Shown piece after piece: positions 12,764 through 25,027 of a stretch of 64,000 bases of DNA (positions within the stretch are counted from its first letter, which is position 1; every line of letters begins with the position of its first letter). The translations under genes were made by a program, and so were the position numbers. The notes beneath the pieces were generated by a model. That model saw only the letters and a list, made by a program, of their open reading frames with translations. It ran no database searches and was not told the DNA's origin. Source of the stretch: Trichoplax sp. H2 (Eukaryota); the NCBI GenBank assembly GCA_003344405.1, contig NOWV01000018.1, positions 248,001 through 312,000 of the forward strand. The letters are read 5' to 3'.

Positions 12764-15700
12764 GAAAACTATCCTCTGCAAAAAGAGGCAGCTGTAGAGA
12801 ATAATTTAAATTCAAAGAAGAAAATAACACGATTTGACAAGAAACCAATTTTAAAGAGTCGTAAGAGTTTACCGGCTTTTAGGTTGCAAGACTCATCCGA
12901 GAATCGGGACTCTACTACTGACAATAATAATAATAATAACAATAATAATCAAAGCAAAATCTCTCGTCTCTTTAATGTTACGTTAAAATCACCGACTGAT
13001 CGTAACAAAAGTAATCACCACCAAGATCATAGTATTGGATCGAAGAAAGAATTTCGTCGACAAGTAGCACATGTTAGGGATAATCTTAATCGCCATGAGT
13101 TATCAACCAAGCATTCAAACATAACTGCACCCCGCACTAGTCACGGGGTCGAAAAAGAAAATCCACAACAATTACAAGAGGCACTGCAAAAACGCTCTCA
13201 ATTAAGATCGACTAAAAGTAACCATCTACTTGATCAAGATAATAAAAGGCGTAAATTATCGCAAATCAAAGCTAAATTAGCTACAACCTTTACAGAATTA
13301 GAAATGGAATTGGAAAAACAAGGTGATGATATTGATGCTGAAGTTTTCACCGATTATCCAGCAGATAGTAGCCAATCGTCAAAGTCCAACATAGCTCAAG
13401 GTAGTAGTCGTAAATCTTCTGATATGATACCTGGTGAATCACAAGAATTGGTAACTAGGAAACTCTCGCTAAAATCTGTTGGTTCTATAGCTGATGCAAA
13501 CAATGATAGAAAGTTATCAAAACCGGATACATCTGGCGCTGAATTTTTACACATTAAATCTTCCTTAAGAACAGCTTCTAAACGATCAGCTGCCAAAAAT
13601 GATAATGAACCTGAAAAGGACGAGCATCAAGTACTCGCTCAAAGGAAATTGTCATTGAAAAATACTTCTCGTGGTCTTGCACAAATTAGTGAAAGCGATA
13701 AAAAGACTGGTAATGAAGCCTTACCTTTCTTACAAATGAAAAATTTATTGAAATCCACTGGTAGAGGCAAGCATATTATAACCGAAGCTGGCGATGATAA
13801 CACCAATAATGATACCAAGGTAGTGAAAGCAACCCGAACGGAAAGCGACAAAGAGGAACTAGTCCCTGCTCTAATGCAGACTAAATCTTTACTAAAACGA
13901 AAAGAGAATAAGCTAGAAGATGTGAATGCAGAAAATAATGCTAAATCGGCTGAGGCTTTGGCTTTTTTACAAGCGAAAGCATTACTACGTGGTACTGGAA
14001 AGCGTGTTGTAGATGAAGAAACACCAAAAACTGAACCGGTCTCATCTGATGGAGATGCTTTTCTTCAGATTAAATCCCAGCTTCGAGGTACTGGAAGACG
14101 TATTGTTGAAGAAGAAAATGAAAATGAAAATGTTGATTCCCCTTCGCCAGAGAATGATGGTTTACTTCAAGTTAAGTCACAACTTCGAGGTACTGGAAGA
14201 CGTACTAGTGAAGAAGATAAAGTAGAAAATATTGATCCCCCTTCTCCAGAGAGTGATGCTTTACTCGAAATTAAGTCACAACATCGAGGTACCGGTAAAC
14301 TTACCATGGATAAAAAACCAGCAAAGGAGGAGTCAACATTTCCCCAAAGTAATATTTCCCATCAGCCGAGGAAAATCTCTTCTGTTACTGTACAGCCTGT
14401 TGCTCAAAAAATAAATGACAACAAAAAAAGTACATCAGAACCAATAGTGTCAAAAGTGGCTCCTACTAGTGCTAAAACTGAAAAGATGAAAGCACAAGAA
14501 CGAAAACTATCTAGTGAAGCGGAAGATATTAAAAGTGAATTAATATCTTTAAAAAGTCAGCTAAGGAAAACAGACAATAAATTTGCAGAAGAAGTCAGCC
14601 AAATCAAGGAACAGGTATAGTCCTTCATCGTAAAGTGTAGTTTTGGTTACTTGCCCATACTGATTACACTAATGACTTATTTTTCAAATGATATATTTAG
14701 GAAACTATTAAAGAAGCAGTGGATGATGTGGATTCGGAATTACGGTAACATATCCAATATTAACAATGTTTCTCATTAGATCCATGATGATATTCTAAGA
14801 TCTTCTCTATTGAAATAATTGTAAGGTATTTTGTTAGTTAACAATTTACATTATCTTGCTATTTTATAATCCAATGCAGGTATAAAAACTTTGCCACATC
14901 TCGTAGAGCCGTAAGGCCAAATCGTCGACAGCGAACTTCTGCCAATCCGTTAAAATCATTACAGAACAGATCTGATTTACTGGAAGATGAAGAGGTACAG
15001 CCTAATATCTTCCTTTAAGCTTTAAGTCATCCTAAGGTTTTACACTAGATAATCGTTTTAGTTCGGCGTACATTATGTAGATTTTGCTGAGGTCTTGTTT
15101 GTTGCTAATGATTTACGTAACTAAAATCTTTTGTCAATCGAGCAATGGTATAAGTAAATAGGATGTAATAGAACCGTTTGATTGTCGTGTTCTATTGAGT
15201 GAGCTAATTTGTATTTCTTATTATTTATTTCCTATGCACGTTAACGTTTGAATAGATGTCAATATACTGCAGATTTTAGTGCGCTAAGATTATTGTCCGA
15301 TAATATAATGTAATAAATGAAATCGATCAGATCAATCACTTTATACAGTTTACGTTATTTTAACGAAATTATTTACTTTCAAATGCTATACTTGTATAAT
15401 GTATGAAATAGTGTTTTTGATAGCCACTACCGATGTAAACATAACTTGTCGCTCCTTATTCAACACTACTACTGCTACTTAACTGTTATTAATACATGCA
15501 CTGTAGTTACTTTCTTCGTCATAATACTGTAGTAATTTATGAAACGAATTTTTTTGATGGTAGGCTGCTGGAAAAAGAGCAACAGCTACCTCTGGAGAAT
15601 CGCTTTCAACGCGTATTCGACTTCCCAGTATGTTCTTAATTATAATTATGATCAATTACTCTTGATCTGCGCTAATTTAAGCTAATATTTTCTGAAATAT

Positions 15701-18700
15701 TGTGCAATAAATAATCCTATAATCTTCTGGCTACTATATCATTGATACTAATAAATTTTGTAATGTAATTAACCATATTGCACCAGCAGAAAATGGTATG
15801 AAAGTGAGAGTATGCTAATCTAGTCTTATTTTCGCTCACACTTAGAAAACCAACAATTTGCTCCAGCTGCAGTTGCTGGACTTGCTGCTGATTTAGATTT
15901 CACCTCAGTTTCTCTTCGCAAGCAAGAGGATATTCCACCACCGTGCTACCCTGATGTTATACTACTTCATATTAAAGGTATATTATAAAGTGTTTAAGAT
16001 TCTTCAGCAGATCTTGATAAGAGGATCTACTATTTGACATTACAGTATTTGCAAGTGGTTCGAATATGAATCTTTTTGGAATTAAATTGTATTAACCTGA
16101 AGACTTGTATATCTCAGGGCGCCGTAATGTCCAGTGCCGTTTTGTTGAACCTATTTCCTCATCAATCAACATTGGCGATGCGTTTATTTTGATAACGCAA
16201 CAAGATATATTTCTATTATTAGGAGATAAAGTTAACGTAATTGAAAAGAATAAGGTAGGCGGGATCTAACGGACAGTACAGTATATTCTAAATATTCGTA
16301 TATATATCGTTCACCTAAGAATCGTAAAGTGCTGAAGTACAGTGAGGCACTAACGCAACGTTAGGGAAAGATTATGCAATAATTTTTACCAATTCATTAA
16401 GTAGTATTTCGTCTATTTCATAACAGTACTATACTGTAGATCAATTCAACGTTATTGTAGAAGTACCACAACTTTGAGAATCATAAGTAACATCTTCTTT
16501 CGTCTAGGCTGCTGAGATAGCGACACTAATTATTCAGCAGAAAGATTACAATTGTAAAGCCTCACGACCGATCATCTACGATAACGTTAAGGATTGTGAT
16601 TTTAACGGTGTTAATACCGACAAATTTTGGGAATATTTAGGTGGAAAACAGCCCTTTACTCGTACGTACATCTTCTACATGGATGTAAACAAAATTAGTT
16701 CAGATATTCTGTATGCTATATTATGAGACTATAAGTTATTACTGTATTCACAAAAAATTTCATTTGCAGCTCTGGATTCTGCCTTAAGTGATGAAGAATT
16801 TGAACAAGGAATCGATGCCATCAATCAAATATTTGTTGTACAATGCAATCCAACGGAAACATTGGTAGAGTTAGATGATTGCAGCGGTAAACCTTTGAGA
16901 GTTTCCTTATTAGATTCCAAAAATGTAAGTTGGATTAGTTTCTATTTGTGTTAGTAAATAGGTAATTGAAAATCCTAATCGGAATTTGCGTTTATGGAAT
17001 ACAAATATAGGTTTATGTTTTGGATTTTGGCAGCGAGGTCTACGTTTGGGCAGGCCGATTCGCAGAAACGGACGCTAGACGAGCCGGAAATAGGCTTGGT
17101 CAAGAAATGTTTGATAAAGAATACCAGTTTGCAGGCCCCATCAATCCTTTACTGCCAATAAGCATTGACAACTATGATGAAGATGAAAAGAAGGTCTCGA
17201 CGGCTAGGCCTCCATGGGGTTTTTTCCAAATTCTTAAAGAACGCACAGAAACGTCTGCTTTCAGAGAAAAATTCTTCGATTGGCCTGAACCCGGTCTTTC
17301 GGATAATTCTAGAACTCTTAAAATGACTTATTTTGAAGAAAAAACGGTTAAAAAGAAGGTATTAGAATATGCACGATAGCTCTAATTATCTAATTTAATT
17401 ATTTAATGTTGTTATTGTGTATTTAATTGTACATTAGAAACCATCGATTCCTTCAGAACTTACAGTCTACGATGCAAAGAATATGATTAAGAATGAGATA
17501 GAGGAACCGAGTACTATATTAGAAGGTCAAGATATAGGAAGAGGTGAAGGTGTACCTTGCAAAGCCGGAGAACCTGGCAATGAAGTAGAACATTTATCTG
17601 TAAAGATATGGATTGTTAGTGGTCGTGTCCATGAAGCTCTAGATCCGAAGGAATATGGAGAGTTCTATTCGGGAGAAACTTATGTAATTTGCTGGCGATA
17701 TCGGGTAACAGTTATTTATGGCAAAAGACGTAGAGCACAGCACAAAACAGGCCGAGATCGAACTGTGTATTTTTATTGGCACGGAAGCGATTGCAGTATT
17801 GGTGATAAAGGAACTTCAGCTCTATTAACTGTAGAGCTTGATGATGAGAAAGCTCCGCAAGTAAATAATTGTGGTGATATCAGCGATTGGAATCGATATA
17901 GAATTAATATTGTATTCTTATATTCTTATATAGATACCGTTGGAACAAGGAAATGAACCACCTTGTTTTTTTCTTTTATTTAGTGGAAAAGCAGTTTTCC
18001 ATATTGGAAGGTATTTGTTATTTTTGCCATATATCGGTATATATTTTTATCATTACTAAATTCTTTTATAATGTGTGTTTGCGTGATGCAGGCGAAATAA
18101 AGCAATGAGTCCTGGAATTGCAGGTATGGTGTACTGCAGTTATCTAACTGTACTACTTGATTAAGAATTACTAAAGACAATCAAATTGTAAATCAATGAT
18201 TTTGACAATATTTTAAAACTCTTTTATTAATAACTATTTGTCCAAGATGATAAAACATGTCGTATGTTTCGAATCCAAAATGAAACTTTAAACGAAACCT
18301 GTTTGGTGGAAATCTTGCCGCGGTAAGCTAATTATTGCGTTATTAAGTTGTTGCTACTTTGTAACGCGGATGCGATAGGCAGGTACCTTAAATTTCAGTT
18401 TAGGATTAAGATAATTCTTAAATTACTAAACTGATCCTTTATTGATTTATAAACAGTACTACATCACTGCGGTCGCGTTCCTGTTTGATTATTGTTGTTC
18501 CTGGTAAGATTTTATACGTTTGGAATGGTTTAAAGGCTTCTGAGGCGATACGTAAAATGGCGAAACATGCTGCGGAGTCTTTTCTGTCCCGGTTGGTTAT
18601 TAGCTAAGCTAGGCATTATATTCGGTCTATTTGCTACAGACTATTTTATAAAAAAACAGCACCTATCTGAAACTATTCTATCCTTCGATAAGGTTGGAAG

Positions 18701-20132
18701 ATGTAGCTGAGAGTCAGGAAATCGAAGAAGGTGATGAGACTAAGGCATTTTGGACCATTCTTGGAGGAAGGGATGACTATGGATCTTTATCATGGAGTAT
18801 GTCGTTATAAATAGCGTCGCACTAAAATTAGCAATTATATGTATATGTTTTTGCTAAATAGCGATACATTATTACATAGTACATGCATACGTACCTTAAT
18901 TTCTGCTATATTCATAAATCACTACCTAATAAACTTGAAAAATTTCTTGTTTTAGGTGATAAAAGCTATAATTTCAGACCGAGACTATTCGCCATGAATA
19001 GTAAGACTGGATACTTTATCGCAGACGAGATTCTATCTCCGACTAGAGTACCTAAAGAGCCATATCCTTTTCCTTTTGTTCAATCAGATATTTATTGTGC
19101 GGAACAGCCTGGTAACATTGCAATCAATTGGTTCGGATTGACTTTTATGTATTATTTGATTATTGTTTGTTTATTTCTTTAGCTATTTTTCTTGTTGATG
19201 CATACCACGAGGTATATTTATGGCTTGGTTGGTGGCGAATAGTTGATGGTGAAGAAATTGTTGCTAGAATAGGTGCTGCTGATGTTCGCTGGATTAAAAA
19301 TAAAAAATTAGCTATTGAAACAGCCTATAATTATTGTCAAGGTACGGAATAACTATCAAGAAGAGTATTTTTTTAATCGTTATAATCGGTAATATTAGTC
19401 ATTCATAGCGTCTTATAGTAAAATAGTTTGTATTTAACAATTGCGATTTTCTTCCTTTCGGATTACATTAGCGTTGAAACGTGATATGAGTGCAGCTATG
19501 ATTGTGCTAGCAGGCTATGAACCAATTGCTTTTCAAGCTATCTTTCCAGAATGGGATGTTGATATGGATGCAAGAAAAGCAAATATGAAGGTAAAAGGAG
19601 AATCCATTAGTTGTCGCTTGTCATTTATGAACTGCTGCTGTTCTAGTGTGTGGTATAGCAATTTCTCGATTTAAAAATCGTATATACTTGTTTTTGTCCA
19701 GGAATTTCGCAGTGTGTATTCTAACAAAAGAGTATTAATTCAAGACGAAATGAAAAAATTGTTAACGTTAGTCGGACTTGGCTAATGCGTTATTGATATT
19801 AGGATAAGTCTTGTTCGTTATTATCTATTGTAATTCTATTACAAATCTGTTATGACTTATAGAAAGACTATCTATTCGCTTGAATTATTACGAACTAATC
19901 TACCCGACGATGTTGAGCGCGAGAAAATGGAAGAATACTTAAGTGATGAAGACTTCCAAGTAAGATATGTATTTAACGTTTGCCTTCATTTTAACGAATC
20001 TGGATAAATCTCATAAAGGATAACGAGTTGTCTTTATAAATTTAGATCGCTATTAAGATGAGTAGAAGCGATTTTGCTGCACTTCCAAAGTGGAAAAAGC
20101 TACAAATAAAGAAACAAGCAGGATTATTTTAA
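12764..20132 (+). CDS. SVIL: Supervillin-like protein (long N-terminal extension, gelsolin repeats, villin headpiece)
   Basis: 21 GT-AG exons join in frame (1510 codons incl. stop): 12764-14614, 14701-14744, 14880-14994, 15564-15627, 15846-15977, 16118-16254, 16508-16661, 16770-16924, 17011-17358, 17438-17860, 17934-18010, 18092-18123, 18247-18322, 18457-18591, 18693-18796, 18956-19111, 19183-19341, 19472-19590, 19702-19766, 19863-19959, 20046-20132. Supervillin-type motifs: RRAVRPNRRQRTSANPLK, LLHIKGRRNVQCRFVEP, DFGSEVYVW, FREKFFDWP, PFPFVQSDIY. Headpiece: EEYLSDEDF...LPKWKKLQIKKQAGLF*. Confidence 0.93.
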
Positions 20133-21463
20133 TGATATTCAAATTGATCGTATAGTTTTCAAAGTTTTAATAATCTTAGTATCGGATTTATATTTAATTA
20201 CATTTTAATCTTTATCACACAGTAGGTATATTATTGTGCTATATGAGTGAAGATATAAGTACTATATTTACGGTTTATTAAGTATTATCGTAATCAACTG
20301 TCTTTTATGTGTGACATAGTGATATTTTATAAGCGGATAAAGAATTGAATTATCGGTATTAAAAATTGTCTGTTTCCAACAAAGATTTTTTTTCCTGTCG
20401 TTGTAGGAACTTGTGAATTTAATGTTACAAATTAATATACATATACCGTATGCATATTTATATTATTTCTGTATACTGTACGAGGATGCTGCATGTGGTT
20501 ACTAATTTCGAGATGTTACCGATCTTTGTGTAAAATCAGATATTAATATCTATCATAATTAAGAGATGGAATGGTTTATACATTATTTTCAAGATTTTTA
20601 CCAGGTTTATCTGTACAAAAAGTGGATATATAATCCTTAGCTAACAGATTCGTAACTACTTTGCATTGTTTTCTTATATTGTATTATATCCTATTGAATA
20701 TTGGCAATGCTAAGTCAATGAATTATTGTTTTTCACCCTGACTTATTCTATGCATCTTAGGTAGAAGCGATTTCTTGAGTGAATTTACGTAAACGGCTAT
20801 TGCGCAGTTTGGGTTTTAATAAATTTTCATTTATTACCACAAGTCAGTCGTACCTTGGATATTTTTTTAAATTGTAACTGTTTGGCTTATTACACTTAAT
20901 CGGAATGTTGATTGTACAGAATAAATTTAACAGGGATACAGAATTCTCCAAATTGTTCCATATTTCACATGCTGTAGAATTAGATATATTTCAATACTTT
21001 CAGTAATATTGTGAATAAATACAGTGTCACTTTATTATCACTTGTTTTGTACAATTTGGGATTCATAACAAAATTGAATTCTAAATTGAGATTAAAACTA
21101 CCTACTTGATAAACTTCATTTACAGGAAGAACATGACTATGTTAGATTTCAACAGAGTTACGATTGTTGTTAAATAATTTTAAACTTTAAGTAACTTGTT
21201 CTATACATATACAGAGACGGTCTCATGCTCATAAAAATCTCTTCGTCATTAGTGATACTTTACGTTGTATTGAAGGACTGGTTTTATATTTTGAAATATT
21301 ACAATAAAGACGATAGCCTTCCAAGCGGTATTACAAAATAATACAACTATGCAACTAAAGCAGGAAAATAAAGTAACTGCTGATGATTTCTAAGTTCAAA
21401 TGGAAAGATAGTTATGGATATCGAACAGTATCTTTGCTATGACTTTACTCCACAGCAACTTAA

Positions 21464-22977
21464 TTAAAGGGCTTTAGAAGATTGAGCATGTTTTGCTGCT
21501 TTTTCTTCTTCGACAAGTTGATTCCATTCCATAAGTTCTTCCTGAATTGTAATAATTAAGAAGTACTGACGTTTAAATAAAATTTATAAAATAACAACTT
21601 TGCTATGATAAACAAATGTAGAAATGAAAGTAGCATCGTTAGTTTAATCATAGTTAGACTAATAAATTTGATAACGTACCCTGGCTTGTTCTTCTTTTGC
21701 TTTTTCGAACAATTCTTTCTGCTGTTTTTCTAATTCCGTAAGAGAAAATCCCTAGGCAGATAGGTAAAAATGATTTTATCATACGATTATTTATGTTCCA
21801 TAAATAATAAATAAAGGTTAAGTAAGAAGTTCTTACCGATTTTTCTAGCTTCTTAGAGCACTTTTTCCTTTCCTATTCAGTGGCAGGATGAAGCAAACTT
21901 AGCATAATTTAAAGGTTAATGAACGTATTCTATACAGAAAGTATTGATTAAGCTGAATAACCTCTTTCTCAGTTTTTAAGTCTCCCAAAACCTTTTTCAA
22001 CTCACCAACGTAACCTTCAAATCCCAAATTCTACAAGTAGAATGGATAATATTTCACAAAATAAATCATAATCATTTACGCATACATGCAGTATTTGCAT
22101 GAAGATCTATAATGTAGTGTATTAATTATTTATGCATAGTTAGAATACGTATACATAACAAGTAGATGTCTTCATGAAAGATAATTTTCTCTACCTTTAA
22201 AGCCTCGATAACATGCTCCGGAAAAATAGTCTTTTTATTCTTTTGACTACAAATAGAATTACTTTCGGACGATACCATATGGACAAATTCTATAATGTTA
22301 TAATTGATGACAAGCATCAGGGAAAAGTTTCTGATATCGTAAATCTACTGTGCCATCTTTAAAAATTGGCCCTATTATAACTGGTATTAGTAATAGAATA
22401 AAGAGAATACAGTGTGGTTTGTGTCCACGATTGTGTTTCTCTTCTTTCATAACGTTATTCAGTATTTCTGATATAAGTGAGACTAGATAAAATGTGCAGT
22501 TGTCCACTTTTGCTATCTGGACAGTGGTAAAATCCTTCATCAACCGCAGGTTTACACTAACATTCTAGTGTAATGTATGTTATTACTTGATATAGTAATG
22601 ATAGTATATCGCATGCTAGATAGTAGTAACATCAGCATTAACAAATCTACTAAATTAATTTTCTGCTACTTACCATTACAAATATTAGAAATTAGATCTT
22701 TGGCATCATTCGATACCCGTACGCCAGGTACGACTTCCTTGATAAACTTTTGAATCGTCGCTATAATTATTGCAAGATAAGAAGATATCGCGGTTTAATC
22801 AACACATTCATGATGTTGCATTGTAGTGTACTTGCAGAAATACTATCTACTCATAATGTTACATTAAATTAATAATTGTAGATCACTAATACTATTGCGT
22901 AGATATTTGATGCTATTATAAGAACCCAAGAGTAGATTACATCGGGTAAATTCACGATAAGGTTTACGAAAAGCCAT
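21464..22977 (-). CDS. DR1: Protein Dr1 / negative cofactor 2 beta (histone-fold TBP repressor), ~157 aa
   Basis: Minus-strand exons 22977-22941, 22760-22674, 22289-22195, 22030-21962, 21872-21837, 21751-21680 and 21541-21464 join in frame: ...STIQKFIKEVVPGVRVSNDAKDLISNICNEFVHMVSSESNSICSQKNKKTIFPEHVIEALKNLGFEGY...ELEKQQKELFEKAK. The first coding exon is less certain than the rest. Confidence 0.92.
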
Positions 22978-24439
22978 ATCAGAATTCCAAGTTATACTTT
23001 ACAACGAGTATTGCAGGTAGATTTATAGTAGTTACTTTGATCTAACTGCACCGTAAATCTACTGACATCACTCCCAAACATATTCTTATTTACAGAGTAC
23101 ATTTGCTATCCGATTTGTCAGGTTTACGATTCGACAAGATTGGCACCTGAGTTATGTACCATATACGGATATGCTCTATTTTAAGACACAAATTTAGCTA
23201 GCGACAAATACTCCAAATTGAGCGTAATCTTGTGGTATAAAATACGTTTTATTAGCACCTAGGCAAGAGTATTTATCTTATTTTCAACAGCATCGTCATT
23301 GTGGCTGATGAAGCTGTCGAGTGGACGTGTACACTTATCTCTCTCTTTCTATATAACATACAGCATGTATGCAAGATAAATTCAGTCTATCTTACGTGTA
23401 ATTAAGCTCGCATGTCCTAGAGAGGTGTCAAAATTTTTTCTCCGCTATGTTCTGTAGTGATGTTTTTGTCTAGTATAGTATGTTAGAATACTGATTGATT
23501 AAAACGTTTACAGTACTTGCGCCACTTGGAATATTCATACAATTTAATCATGAACTTAATAGTGAAATCAACGCCGTCATGAAATTAGAGAGGTGGTAGA
23601 TCGTATTTTAGATCAATTGCTACAATTGGGACGGTCTATCATTTGACTTATCAATCATTACGGCATTAACGATATCTACTGTATTAGAATGATATGGCTA
23701 TTGCACATGATGAGGAAAGCGCCGTCACCAATACACACAAGAGATAAAATGTTAAGATACTGTTGTAATGGAGGGTGTCTACATACTGTAGTTAATCATG
23801 TTTTTATCTCGTGTTTCCTAACCCTTCCAACTCGTTTCAAGCCATTAATAGCTATAATCTACAGTACAGAACATGCACAAATCTAGCTATACTGTACAGT
23901 ACTATTGAATCAGTCAGAGAGTCCATGGCGATTTGACACTATTGCCCAGGTTCCTACGTGATTTACTACACAGTACTATCTCTATAATAAGAGGAAACGG
24001 TCATAACTTGGAAACATGTACGATGATAGCTTGAATAGTACTTCAAAATCAAATGATTAAAGGATGATTTATTATTTTTTAGCGGTACAGGACTTTCTCA
24101 ATTCGAGATACACTTTAATACTTGTAAGACAAGCGTGAAATTGGTAGTATTCATTCTACCTGGAGCAATTGATTTCCTACAGTATGGCGTGTCATTTATC
24201 ATCCCATGCACTCTTTATACTTACATCGAGGTAAATTAGCCGATTCTTCATCCGAATCAGTCATGGTCGAGTAATAATACGGGGATATAGGAGGTTGAAT
24301 ATCTTCGATTGCAAGTGGGTTTGGAAAGAAACGTCAATTCCGTTTCAAGATGATAATGCGATCGATCGGCTAGATCGACCTTAACAGTCTTACTATAGAA
24401 CTGTCCTGTTGTCCCGGGGCTTCAGTCTGTCCAGAAATC

Positions 24440-24625
24440 ATGATGCTGTGTACTCTACAGCATCGCTATCATCTGAAGCCACTAAACTACTACAGTACTA
24501 TGCTGTGTTGCTACAGTACGAAACTCTTACTGTACAGTACAGTACAATGGTGCACTGACTGGAATTCTTTTTCAATCTACAGTACTGTACTGTACTGCAC
24601 GCGTAAACACAGTACAGTACTGAAC
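24440..24625. repeat. TACAG/CTGTA pentamer-rich low-complexity island
   Basis: Multiple tacagtac / tactgtac runs occur in both orientations, e.g. tactgtacagtacagtaca and ctacagtactgtactgtactg. Confidence 0.7.
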
Positions 24626-24737
24626 AATTTGATTATTTTCGATGTCTACCCTTCGTTCAAAAATCAAAAGTTTTATTTTGTACTTTTTATTTTATTGCCG
24701 TTTTAATGGACATGTAAGAAGTTTTTTTAGGAACTAC

Positions 24738-25027
24738 TATAGCCCTTACTAAATATAGCCCTTACTAAAATATAGCTAACTATAGCTCTTACTAAAATAT
24801 AGCTAACTATAGCCCTTACTAAAATATAACTAACTATAGCCCTTACTAAAATATAACTAACTATAGACCTTACTAAAATATAGCTAACTATAGCCCTTAC
24901 TAAAATATAGCTAACTATAGCCCTTACTAAAATATAGCTAAATATAGCCCTTACTTTCTTTGATCTCTTTAAAGTGTTGATATAGCTAAATATAGCCCTG
25001 ACTTTCTTTGATCTCTTTAAAGTGGTG
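24738..25027. repeat. 27-bp minisatellite (TATAGCCCTTACTAAAATATAGCTAAC, ~7-8 copies) ending in a 48-bp duplication
   Basis: Near-perfect head-to-tail copies run from 24738 to about 24955. The block tatagctaaatatagccct[tg]actttctttgatctctttaaagtg then occurs twice (about 24933 and 24981). Confidence 0.95.

Noticed and set aside
13396-14414. Antisense and alternative-frame ORFs inside the large supervillin exon
   Set aside because: They are shadow ORFs of a long coding exon.
24440-24706. 88-aa ORF
   Set aside because: Same pentamer-repeat artefact.
24738-24955. CRISPR-like array
   Set aside because: The units are head-to-tail with no unique spacers, there are no cas genes, and the context is eukaryotic.
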